Shown: positions 14,758-29,900 of the stretch, one piece after another
How the letters are laid out: every line of letters begins with the position of its first letter
How positions within the stretch are numbered: the stretch's first letter is position 1
Assembly: GCA_964016885.1 (NCBI GenBank)
Contig: OZ024759.1
Coordinates: 6,138,001 to 6,202,000 of the forward strand
Source of the DNA: Eledone cirrhosa
Lineage: Eukaryota
Length of the DNA: 64,000 bases
Reading direction: 5' to 3'
Translations under genes and position numbers: made by a program
Notes under the pieces: model-generated
Databases searched by the model: none
What the model was told of the DNA's origin: nothing
Seen by the model: only the letters and a program-made list of their open reading frames with translations

Positions 14758-17700
14758 CATTAAATATTAAAGTCTTTACTGTAATACTGTAAATATTCAA
14801 AACAATCTGTCCACCAGTAAAGATACTATAAACATTTAGTACAAAACAACACTATGACTACATCACAAAGTCTTTACTGTAATACTGTAAATATTCACAA
14901 TAATCTGTATACCAGTAAAGATACTATAAACATTTAGTACAAAACAACACTATGACTACATCACATTAAATATTAAAGTCTTTACTGTAATACTGTAAAT
15001 GTTCACAACAATCTGTCCACTAGTAAAGATACTATAAACGTTTAGTACAAAACAACACTATGACTACATCACATTAAATATTAAAGTCTTTACTGTAATA
15101 CTGTAAATATTCACAACAATCTGTCCACCAGTAAAGATACTATAAACATTTAGTACAAAACAACACTATGACTACATCACAAAGTCTTTACTGTAATACT
15201 GTAAATATTCACAATAATCTGTCTACCAGTAAAGATACTATAAACATTTAGTACAAAACAACACTATGACTACATCACATTAAATATGAAAGTCTTTACT
15301 GTAATACTGTAAATGTTCACAACAATCTGTCCACTAGTAAAGATACTATAAACGTTTAGTACAAAACAACACTATGACTACATCACATTAAATATTAAAG
15401 TCTTTACTGTAATACTGTAAATGTTCACAACAATCTGTCCGCTAGTAAAGATACTATAAACGTTTAGTACAAAACAACACTATGACTATATCACATTAAA
15501 TATTAAAGTCTTTACTGTAATACTGTAAATATTCACAACAATCTGTCCACCAGTAAAGATGCTATAAACATTTAGTACAAAACAACACTATGACTACATC
15601 ACATTAAATATTAAAGTCTTTACTGTAATACTGTAAATGTTCACAACAATCTGTCCACTAGTAAAGATACTATAAACGTTTAGTACAAAACAAAACTATG
15701 ACTACATCACATTAAATATTAAAGTCTTTACTGTAATACTGTAAATATTCACAACAATCTGTCCACCAGTTAAGATACTATAAACATTTAGTACAAAACA
15801 ACACTATGACTACATCACATTAAATATTAAAGTATTTACTGTAATACTGTAAATATTCACAACAATCTGTCCACCAGTAAAGATACTATAAACATTTAGT
15901 ACAAAACAACACTTTGACTACATCACATTAAATATTACAGTCTTCACTGTAATACTGTAAATATTCACAACAATCTGTCCACCAGTAAAGATACTATAAA
16001 CATTTAGTACAAAACACTATGACTACATCACAATAAATATTAAAGTCTTTACTGTAATACTGTAAATGTTCACAACAATTTGTCTACCAGTAAAGATACT
16101 ATCAACATTTAGTACAAAACAACACTATGACTACATCACATTAAATATTAAAGTCTTTACTGTAATACTGTAAATATTCACAACAATATGTCCACCAGTA
16201 AAGATACTATAAACATTTAGTACAAAACAACACTATGACTACATCACATTAAATATTAAAGTCTTTACTGTAATACTGTAAATATTCACAACAATCTGTC
16301 CACTAGTAAAGATACTATAAACATTGAGTACAAAACAACACTATGACTACATCACATTAAATATTAAAGTCTTTACTGTAATACTGTAAATGTTCACAAC
16401 AATCTGTCCACCAGTAAAGATACTATCAACATTTAGTACAAAACAACACTATGACTACATCACATTAAATATTAAAGTCTTTACTGTAATACTGTAAATA
16501 TTCACAATAATCTGTCTACTAGTAAAGATACTATAAACATTTAGTACAAAAGAATACTATGACTACATCACATTAAATATTAAAGTCTTTACTGTAATAC
16601 TGTAAATATTCACAACAATCTGTCCACCAGTAAAGATACTATAAACATTTAGTACAAAACAACACTGACTACATCACATTAAATATTGAAGTCTTTATTG
16701 TAATACTCTAAATATTCACAACAATCTGCCCACCAGTAAAGATACTATCAACATTTAGTACAAAACAACACTATGACTACATCACATTAAATATTAAAGA
16801 CTTTACTGTAATACTGTAAATGTTCACAACAATCTGTCCACCAGTAAAGATACTATAAACATTTAGTACAAAACAACACTATGACTACATCACATTAAAT
16901 ATTAAAGTCTTTACTGTAATACTATAAATATTCACAACAATCTGTCTACTAGTAAAGATACTATAAACATTTAGTACAAAACAATACTATGACTACGTCA
17001 CATTAAATATTAAAGTCTTTACTGTAATACTGTAAATGTTCACAACAATCTGTCCACTAGTAAAGATACTATAAACGTTTAGTACAAAACAACACTATGA
17101 CTACATCACATTAAATATTAAAGTCTTTACTGTAATACTGTAAATGTTCACAACAATCTGTCCACTAGTAAAGATACTATAAACGTTTAGTACAAAACAA
17201 CACTATGACTATATCACATTAAATATTAAAGTCTTTACTGTAATACTGTAAATATTCACAACAATCTGTCCACCAGTAAAGATACTATAAACATTTAGTA
17301 CAAAACAACACTATGACTACATCACAAAGTCTTTACTGTAATACTGTAAATATTCACAATAATCTGTCTACCAGTAAAGATACTATAAACATTTAGTACA
17401 AAACAACACTATGACTACATCACATTAAATATTAAAGTCTTTACTGTAATACTGTAAATATTCACAACAATCTGTCCACCAGTAAAGATACTATAAACAT
17501 TTAGTACAAAACAACACTATGACTACATCACAAAGTCTTTACTGTAATACTGTAAATATTCACAACAATCTGTCCACCAGTAAAGATACTATAAACATTT
17601 AGTACAAAACAACACTATGACTACATCACATTAAATATTAAAGTCTTTACTGTAATACTGTAAATGTTCACAACAATCTGTCCACTAGTAAAGATACTAT

Positions 17701-20700
17701 AAACGTTTAGTACAAAACAACACTATGACTACATCACATTAAATATTAAAGTCTTTACTGTAATACTTTAAATATTCACAACAATCTGTCCACCAGTTAA
17801 GATACTATAAACATTTAGTACAAAACAACACTATGACTACATCACATTAAATATTAAAGTCTTTACTGTAATACTATAAATATTCACAACAATCTGTCTA
17901 CTAGTAAAGATACTATAAACATTTAGTACAAAACAATACTATGACTACATCACATTAAATATTAAAGTCTTTACTGTAATACTGTAAATATTCACAACAA
18001 TATGTCCACCAGTAAAGATACTATAAACATTTAGTACAAAACAACACTATGACTACATCACAAAGTCTTTACTGTAATACTGTAAATATTCACAATAATC
18101 TGCCTACCAGTAAAGATACTAAAAACATTTAGTACAAAACAACACTATGACTACATCACATTAAATATTAAAGTCTTTACTGTAATACTGTAAATGTTCA
18201 CAACAATCTGTCCACTAGTAAAGATACTATAAACGTTTAGTACAAAACAACACTATGACTACATCACATTAAATATTAAAGTCTTTACTGTAATACTGTA
18301 AATATTCACAACAATCTGTCTACTAGTAAAGATACTATAAACATTTAGTACAAAACAATACTGTGACTACATCACATTAAATATTAAAGTCTTTACTGTA
18401 ATACTGTAAATGTTCACAACAATCTGTCCACCAGTAAAGATACTATCAACATTTAGTACAAAACAACACTATGACTACATCACATTAAATATTAAAGTCT
18501 TTACTGTAATACTGTAAATATTCACAACAATCTGTCCACCAGTAAAGATACTATAAACATTTAGTACAAAACAACACTGACTACATCACATTAAATATTA
18601 AAGTATTTACTGTAATACTGTAAATATTCACAACAATCTGTCCACCAGTAAAGATACTATAAACATTTAGTACAAAACAACACTATGACTACATCACATT
18701 AAATATTAAAGACTTTACTGTAATACTGTAAATGTTCACAACAATCTGTCCACCAGTAAAGATACTATAAACATTTAGTACAAAACAACACTATGACTAC
18801 ATCACATTAAATATTAAAGTCTTTACTGTAATACTATAAATATTCACAACAATCTGTCTACTAGTAAAGATACTATAAACATTTAGTACAAAACAATACC
18901 ATGACTACATCACATTAAATATTAAAGTCTTTACTGTAATACTGTAAATATTCACAACAATCTGTCCACCAGTAAAGATACTATAAACATTTAGTACAAA
19001 ACAACACTATGACTACATCACATTAAATATTAAAGTCTTTACTGTAATACTGTAAATATTCACAACAATCTGTCTACCAGTAAAGATACTATAAACATTT
19101 AGTACAAAACAACACTATGACTACATCACATTAAATATTAAAGTCTTTACTGTAATACTGTAAATGTTCACAACAATCTGTCCACTAGTAAAGATACTAT
19201 AAACGTTTAGTACAAAACAACACTATGACTACATCACATTAAATATTAAAGTCTTTACTGTAATACTGTAAATGTTCACAACAATCTGTCCACTAGTAAA
19301 GATACTATAAACGTTTAGTACAAAACAACACTATGACTACATCACATTAAATATTAAAGTCTTTACTGTAATACTGTAAATATTCACAACAATCTGTCCA
19401 CCAGTTAAGATACTATAAACATTTAGTACAAAACAACACTATGACTACATCACATTAAATATTAAAGTATTTACTGTAATACTGTAAATATTCACAACAA
19501 TCTGTCCACCAGTAAAGATACTATAAACATTTAGTACAAAACAACACTATGACTACATCACATTAAATATTACAGTCTTTACTGTAATACTGTAAATATT
19601 CACAACAATCTGTCCACCAGTAAAGATACTATAAACATTTAGTACAAAACACTATGACTACATCACATTAAATATTAAAGTCTTTACTGTAATACTGTAA
19701 ATATTCACAACAATCTGTCCACCAGTAAAGATACTATAAACATTTAGTACAAAAGAATACTATGACTACATCACATTAAATATTAAAGTCTTTACTGTAA
19801 TACTGTAAATGTTCACAACAATTTGTCTACCAGTAAAGATACTATCAACATTTAGTACAAAACAACACTATGACTACATCACATTGAATATTAAAGTCTT
19901 TACTGTAATACTGTAAATATTCACAACAATCTGTCTACTAGTAAAGATACTATAAACATTTAGTACAAAAGAATACTGTGACTACATCACATTAAATATT
20001 AAAGTCTTTACTGTAATACTGTAAATATTCACAACAATCTGTCCACCAGTAAAGATACTATAAACATTTAGTACAAAACAACACTATGACTACATCACAT
20101 TAAATATTAAAGTCTTTACTGTAATACTATAAATTTCCACAACAATCTGTCTACCAGTAAAGATACTACAAAGATTTAGTACAAAACAACACTATGACTA
20201 CATCACATTAAATATTAAAGTCTTTACTGTAATACTGTAAATGTTCACAACAATCTGTCCACTAGTAAAGATACTATAAACGTTTAGTACAAAACAACAC
20301 TATGACTATATCACATTAAATATTAAAGTCTTTACTGTAATACTGTAAATATTCACAACAATCTGTCCACCAGTTAAGATACTATAAACATTTAGTACAA
20401 AACAACACTATGACTACATCACATTAAATATTAAAGTCTTTACTGTAATACTGTAAATATTCACAACAATCTGTCCACCAGTAAAGATACTATAAACATT
20501 TAGTACAAAACAACACTGACTACATCACATTAAATATTGAAGTCTTTATTGTAATACTGTAAATATTCACAACAATCTGTCCACCAGTAAAGATACTATA
20601 AACATTTAGTACAAAACAATACTATGACTACATCACATTAAATATTAAAGTCTTTACTGTAATACTGTAAATATTCACAACAATCTGTCCACCAGTAAAG

Positions 20701-23700
20701 ATACTATCAACATTTAGTACAAAACAACACTATGACTACATCACATTAAATATTAAAGTCTTTACTGTAATACTATAAATATTCACAACAATCTGTCTAC
20801 TAGTAAAGATACTATAAACATTTAGTACAAAACAATACTATGACTACATCACATTAAATATTAAAGTCTTTACTGTAATACCGTAAATATTCACAACAAT
20901 ATGTCCACCAGTAAAGATACTATAAACATTTAGTACAAAACAACACTATGACTACATCACATTAAATATTAAAGTCTTTACTGTAATACTGTAAATGTTC
21001 ACAACAATCTGTCCACTAGTAAAGATACTATAAACGTTTAGTACAAAACAACACTATGACTACATCACATTAAATATTAAAGTCTTTACTGTAATACTGT
21101 AAATATTCACAACAATCTGTCTACTAGTAAAGATACTATAAACATTTAGTACAAAACAATACTGTGACTACATCACATTAAATATTAAAGTCTTTACTGT
21201 AATACTGTAAATGTTCACAACAATCTGTCCACCAGTAAAGATACTATAAACATTTAGTACAAAACAACACTGACTACATCACATTAAATATTAAAGTCTT
21301 TACTGTAATACTATAAATTTTCACAACAATCTGTCTACTAGTAAAGATACGATAAACATTTAGTACAAAACAACACTATGAATACATCACATTAAATATT
21401 ACAGTCTTTACTGTAATACTGTAAATGTTCACAACAATCTGTCTACCAGTAAAGATACTATCAACATTTAGTACAAAACAACACTATGACTACATCACAT
21501 TAAATATTAAAATCTTTACTGTAATACTGTAAATATTCACAACAATCTGTCCACCAGTAAAGATACTATAAACATTTAGTACAAAACAACACTATGACTA
21601 CATCACATTAAATATTAAAGTCTTTACTGTAATACTGTAAATATTCACAACAATCTGTCCACCAGTAAAGATACTATAAACATTTAGTACAAAACAACAC
21701 TATGACTACATCACATTAAATATTACAGTCTTTACTGTAATACTGTAAATGTTCACAACAATCTGTCTACCAGTAAAGATACTATAAACATTTAGTACAA
21801 AACAACACTATGACTACATCACATTCAATATTAATGTCTTTACTGTAATACTGTAAATGTTCACAACAATCTGTCCACCAGTAAAGATACTATAAACATT
21901 TAGTACAAAACAACACTATGACTACATCACATTAAATATTAAAGTCTTTACTGTAATACTATAAATTTTCACAACCATCTGTATACTAGTAAAGATACTA
22001 TAAACATTTAGTACAAAACAACACTATGACTACATCACAAAGTCTTTACTGTAATACTGTAAATATTCACAATAATCTGTCTACCAGTAAAGATACTATA
22101 AACATTTAGTACAAAACAACACTATGACTACATCACATTAAATATTACAGTCTTTACTGTAATACTGTAAATGTTCACAACAATCTGTCTACCAGTAAAG
22201 ATACTATAAACATTTAGTACAAAACAACACTATGACTACACCACATTCAATATTAAAGTCTTTACTGTAATACTATAAATTTACACAACAATCTGTCCAC
22301 TAGTAAAGATACTATAAACAATTAGTACAAAACAACACTATGACTACATCACATTAAATATTAAAGTCTTTACTGTAATACTATAAATTTCCACAACAAT
22401 CTGTCTACCAGTAAAGATACTATAAACATTTAGTACAAAACAACACTATGACTACATCACATTAAATATTAAAGTCTTTACTGTAATACTGTAAATGTTC
22501 ACAACAATCTGTCCACTAGTAAAGATACTATAAACGTTTAGTACAAAACAAAACTATGACTACATCACATTAAATATTAAAGTCTTTACTGTAATACTGT
22601 AAATATTCACAACAATCTGTCCACCAGTTAAGATACTATAAACATTTAGTACAAAACAACACTATGACTACATCACATTAAATATTAAAGTATTTACTGT
22701 AATACTGTAAATATTCACAACAATCTGTCCACCAGTAAAGATACTATAAACATTTAGTACAAAACAACACTTTGACTACATCACATTAAATATTACAGTC
22801 TTTACTGTAATACTGTAAATATTCACAACAATCTGTCCACCAGTAAAGATACTATAAACATTTAGTACAAAACACTATGACTACATCACATTAAATATTA
22901 AAGTCTTTACTGTAATACTGTAAATATTCACAACAATCTGTCCACCAGTAAAGATACTATAAACATTTAGTACAAAAGAATACTATGACTACATCACATT
23001 AAATATTAAAGTCTTTACTGTAATACTGTAAATGTTCACAACAATTTGTCTACCAGTAAAGATACTATCAACATTTAGTACAAAACAACACTATGACTAC
23101 ATCACATTAAATATTAAAGTCTTTACTGTAATACTATAAATATTCACAACAATCTGTCTACTAGTAAAGATACTATAAACATTTAGTACAAAACAATACT
23201 ATGACTACATCACATTAAATATTAAAGTCTTTACTGTAATACTGTAAATATTCACAACAATCTGTCCACCAGTAAAGATACTATCAACATTTAGTACAAA
23301 ACAACACTATGACTACATCACATTAAATATTAAAGTCTTTACTGTAATACTATAAATATTCACAACAATCTGTCTACTAGTAAAGATACTATAAACATTT
23401 AGTACAAAACAACACTATGACTACATCACATTACATATTAAAGTCTTTACTGTAATACTGTAAATATTCACAACAATCTGTCCACCAGTAAAGATACTAT
23501 CAACATTTAGTACAAAACAACACTATGACTACATCACATTAAATATTAAAGTCTTTACTGTAATACTGTAAATATTCACAACAATCTGTCCACCAGTTAA
23601 GATACTATAAACATTTAGTACAAAACAACACTATGACTACATCACATTAAATATTAAAGTATTTACTGTAATACTGTAAATATTCACAACAATCTGTCCA

Positions 23701-23953
23701 CCAGTAAAGATACTATAAACATTTAGTACAAAACAACACTATGACTACATCACATTAAATATTACAGTCTTTACTGTAATACTGTAAATATTCACAACAA
23801 TCTGTCCACCAGTAAAGATACTATAAACATTTAGTACAAAACAACACTATGACTACATCACAAAGTCTTTACTGTAATACTGTAAATATTCAAAATAATC
23901 TGTCTACCAGTAAAGATACTATAAACATTTAGTACAAAACAACACTATGACTA
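14758..23953 (+). repeat. HOR type B, copy 1 (A-type head followed by a B-specific tail from about 19700)
   Basis: Follows the order of copy 2 up to about 19700, keeping the two monomers copy 2 lost near 9420. It then shows B-only markers: ATTGAATA (~19884), ACCGTAAA (~20881), TTCAATATTAATG (~21824), TTACATATT (23431) and CAAAATAATC (23891). Confidence 0.85.
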
Positions 23954-26900
23954 TATCACATTAAATATTAAAGTCTTTACTGTAATACTGTAAATATTCA
24001 CAACAATCTGTCCACCAGTAAAGATGCTATAAACATTTAGTACAAAACAACACTATGACTACATCACATTAAATATTAAAGTCTTTACTGTAATACTGTA
24101 AATGTTCACAACAATCTGTCCACTAGTAAAGATACTATAAACGTTTAGTACAAAACAAAACTATGACTACATCACATTAAATATTAAAGTCTTTACTGTA
24201 ATACTGTAAATATTCACAACAATCTGTCCACCAGTTAAGATACTATAAACATTTAGTACAAAACAACACTATGACTACATCACATTAAATATTAAAGTAT
24301 TTACTGTAATACTGTAAATATTCACAACAATCTGTCCACCAGTAAAGATACTATAAACATTTAGTACAAAACAACACTTTGACTACATCACATTAAATAT
24401 TACAGTCTTCACTGTAATACTGTAAATATTCACAACAATCTGTCCACCAGTAAAGATACTATAAACATTTAGTACAAAACACTATGACTACATCACAATA
24501 AATATTAAAGTCTTTACTGTAATACTGTAAATGTTCACAACAATTTGTCTACCAGTAAAGATACTATCAACATTTAGTACAAAACAACACTATGACTACA
24601 TCACATTAAATATTAAAGTCTTTACTGTAATACTGTAAATATTCACAACAATATGTCCACCAGTAAAGATACTATAAACATTTAGTACAAAACAACACTA
24701 TGACTACATCACATTAAATATTAAAGTCTTTACTGTAATACTGTAAATATTCACAACAATCTGTCCACTAGTAAAGATACTATAAACATTGAGTACAAAA
24801 CAACACTATGACTACATCACATTAAATATTAAAGTCTTTACTGTAATACTGTAAATGTTCACAACAATCTGTCCACCAGTAAAGATACTATCAACATTTA
24901 GTACAAAACAACACTATGACTACATCACATTAAATATTAAAGTCTTTACTGTAATACTGTAAATATTCACAATAATCTGTCTACTAGTAAAGATACTATA
25001 AACATTTAGTACAAAAGAATACTATGACTACATCACATTAAATATTAAAGTCTTTACTGTAATACTGTAAATATTCACAACAATCTGTCCACCAGTAAAG
25101 ATACTATAAACATTTAGTACAAAACAACACTGACTACATCACATTAAATATTGAAGTCTTTATTGTAATACTGTAAATATTCACAACAATCTGCCCACCA
25201 GTAAAGATACTATCAACATTTAGTACAAAACAACACTATGACTACATCACATTAAATATTAAAGACTTTACTGTAATACTGTAAATGTTCACAACAATCT
25301 GTCCACCAGTAAAGATACTATAAACATTTAGTACAAAACAACACTATGACTACATCACATTAAATATTAAAGTCTTTACTGTAATACTATAAATATTCAC
25401 AACAATCTGTCTACTAGTAAAGATACTATAAACATTTAGTACAAAACAATACTATGACTACGTCACATTAAATATTAAAGTCTTTACTGTAATACTGTAA
25501 ATGTTCACAACAATCTGTCCACTAGTAAAGATACTATAAACGTTTAGTACAAAACAACACTATGACTACATCACATTAAATATTAAAGTCTTTACTGTAA
25601 TACTGTAAATGTTCACAACAATCTGTCCACTAGTAAAGATACTATAAACGTTTAGTACAAAACAACACTATGACTATATCACATTAAATATTAAAGTCTT
25701 TACTGTAATACTGTAAATATTCACAACAATCTGTCCACCAGTAAAGATACTATAAACATTTAGTACAAAACAACACTATGACTACATCACAAAGTCTTTA
25801 CTGTAATACTGTAAATATTCACAATAATCTGTCTACCAGTAAAGATACTATAAACATTTAGTACAAAACAACACTATGACTACATCACATTAAATATTAA
25901 AGTCTTTACTGTAATACTGTAAATATTCACAACAATCTGTCCACCAGTAAAGATACTATAAACATTTAGTACAAAACAACACTATGACTACATCACAAAG
26001 TCTTTACTGTAATACTGTAAATATTCACAACAATCTGTCCACCAGTAAAGATACTATAAACATTTAGTACAAAACAACACTATGACTACATCACATTAAA
26101 TATTAAAGTCTTTACTGTAATACTGTAAATGTTCACAACAATCTGTCCACTAGTAAAGATACTATAAACGTTTAGTACAAAACAACACTATGACTACATC
26201 ACATTAAATATTAAAGTCTTTACTGTAATACTTTAAATATTCACAACAATCTGTCCACCAGTTAAGATACTATAAACATTTAGTACAAAACAACACTATG
26301 ACTACATCACATTAAATATTAAAGTCTTTACTGTAATACTATAAATATTCACAACAATCTGTCTACTAGTAAAGATACTATAAACATTTAGTACAAAACA
26401 ATACTATGACTACATCACATTAAATATTAAAGTCTTTACTGTAATACTGTAAATATTCACAACAATATGTCCACCAGTAAAGATACTATAAACATTTAGT
26501 ACAAAACAACACTATGACTACATCACAAAGTCTTTACTGTAATACTGTAAATATTCACAATAATCTGCCTACCAGTAAAGATACTAAAAACATTTAGTAC
26601 AAAACAACACTATGACTACATCACATTAAATATTAAAGTCTTTACTGTAATACTGTAAATGTTCACAACAATCTGTCCACTAGTAAAGATACTATAAACG
26701 TTTAGTACAAAACAACACTATGACTACATCACATTAAATATTAAAGTCTTTACTGTAATACTGTAAATATTCACAACAATCTGTCTACTAGTAAAGATAC
26801 TATAAACATTTAGTACAAAACAATACTGTGACTACATCACATTAAATATTAAAGTCTTTACTGTAATACTGTAAATGTTCACAACAATCTGTCCACCAGT

Positions 26901-29900
26901 AAAGATACTATCAACATTTAGTACAAAACAACACTATGACTACATCACATTAAATATTAAAGTCTTTACTGTAATACTGTAAATATTCACAACAATCTGT
27001 CCACCAGTAAAGATACTATAAACATTTAGTACAAAACAACACTGACTACATCACATTAAATATTAAAGTATTTACTGTAATACTGTAAATATTCACAACA
27101 ATCTGTCCACCAGTAAAGATACTATAAACATTTAGTACAAAACAACACTATGACTACATCACATTAAATATTAAAGACTTTACTGTAATACTGTAAATGT
27201 TCACAACAATCTGTCCACCAGTAAAGATACTATAAACATTTAGTACAAAACAACACTATGACTACATCACATTAAATATTAAAGTCTTTACTGTAATACT
27301 ATAAATATTCACAACAATCTGTCTACTAGTAAAGATACTATAAACATTTAGTACAAAACAATACCATGACTACATCACATTAAATATTAAAGTCTTTACT
27401 GTAATACTGTAAATATTCACAACAATCTGTCCACCAGTAAAGATACTATAAACATTTAGTACAAAACAACACTATGACTACATCACATTAAATATTAAAG
27501 TCTTTACTGTAATACTGTAAATATTCACAACAATCTGTCTACCAGTAAAGATACTATAAACATTTAGTACAAAACAACACTATGACTACATCACATTAAA
27601 TATTAAAGTCTTTACTGTAATACTGTAAATGTTCACAACAATCTGTCCACTAGTAAAGATACTATAAACGTTTAGTACAAAACAACACTATGACTACATC
27701 ACATTAAATATTAAAGTCTTTACTGTAATACTGTAAATGTTCACAACAATCTGTCCACTAGTAAAGATACTATAAACGTTTAGTACAAAACAACACTATG
27801 ACTACATCACATTAAATATTAAAGTCTTTACTGTAATACTGTAAATATTCACAACAATCTGTCCACCAGTTAAGATACTATAAACATTTAGTACAAAACA
27901 ACACTGACTACATCACATTAAATATTAAAGTATTTACTGTAATACTGTAAATATTCACAACAATCTGTCCACCAGTAAAGATACTATAAACATTTAGTAC
28001 AAAACAACACTATGACTACATCACATTAAATATTACAGTCTTTACTGTAATACTGTAAATATTCACAACAATCTGTCCACCAGTAAAGATACTATAAACA
28101 TTTAGTACAAAACACTATGACTACATCACATTAAATATTAAAGTCTTTACTGTAATACTGTAAATATTCACAACAATCTGTCCACCAGTAAAGATACTAT
28201 AAACATTTAGTACAAAAGAATACTATGACTACATCACATTAAATATTAAAGTCTTTACTGTAATACTGTAAATGTTCACAACAATTTGTCTACCAGTAAA
28301 GATACTATCAACATTTAGTACAAAACAACACTATGACTACATCACATTGAATATTAAAGTCTTTACTGTAATACTGTAAATATTCACAACAATCTGTCTA
28401 CTAGTAAAGATACTATAAACATTTAGTACAAAAGAATACTGTGACTACATCACATTAAATATTAAAGTCTTTACTGTAATACTGTAAATATTCACAACAA
28501 TCTGTCCACCAGTAAAGATACTATAAACATTTAGTACAAAACAACACTATGACTACATCACATTAAATATTAAAGTCTTTACTGTAATACTATAAATTTC
28601 CACAACAATCTGTCTACCAGTAAAGATACTACAAAGATTTAGTACAAAACAACACTATGACTACATCACATTAAATATTAAAGTCTTTACTGTAATACTG
28701 TAAATGTTCACAACAATCTGTCCACTAGTAAAGATACTATAAACGTTTAGTACAAAACAACACTATGACTATATCACATTAAATATTAAAGTCTTTACTG
28801 TAATACTGTAAATATTCACAACAATCTGTCCACCAGTTAAGATACTATAAACATTTAGTACAAAACAACACTATGACTACATCACATTAAATATTAAAGT
28901 CTTTACTGTAATACTGTAAATATTCACAACAATCTGTCCACCAGTAAAGATACTATAAACATTTAGTACAAAACAACACTGACTACATCACATTAAATAT
29001 TGAAGTCTTTATTGTAATACTGTAAATATTCACAACAATCTGTCCACCAGTAAAGATACTATAAACATTTAGTACAAAACAATACTATGACTACATCACA
29101 TTAAATATTAAAGTCTTTACTGTAATACTGTAAATATTCACAACAATCTGTCCACCAGTAAAGATACTATCAACATTTAGTACAAAACAACACTATGACT
29201 ACATCACATTAAATATTAAAGTCTTTACTGTAATACTATAAATATTCACAACAATCTGTCTACTAGTAAAGATACTATAAACATTTAGTACAAAACAATA
29301 CTATGACTACATCACATTAAATATTAAAGTCTTTACTGTAATACCGTAAATATTCACAACAATATGTCCACCAGTAAAGATACTATAAACATTTAGTACA
29401 AAACAACACTATGACTACATCACATTAAATATTAAAGTCTTTACTGTAATACTGTAAATGTTCACAACAATCTGTCCACTAGTAAAGATACTATAAACGT
29501 TTAGTACAAAACAACACTATGACTACATCACATTAAATATTAAAGTCTTTACTGTAATACTGTAAATATTCACAACAATCTGTCTACTAGTAAAGATACT
29601 ATAAACATTTAGTACAAAACAATACTGTGACTACATCACATTAAATATTAAAGTCTTTACTGTAATACTGTAAATGTTCACAACAATCTGTCCACCAGTA
29701 AAGATACTATAAACATTTAGTACAAAACAACACTGACTACATCACATTAAATATTAAAGTCTTTACTGTAATACTATAAATTTTCACAACAATCTGTCTA
29801 CTAGTAAAGATACGATAAACATTTAGTACAAAACAACACTATGAATACATCACATTAAATATTACAGTCTTTACTGTAATACTGTAAATGTTCACAACAA

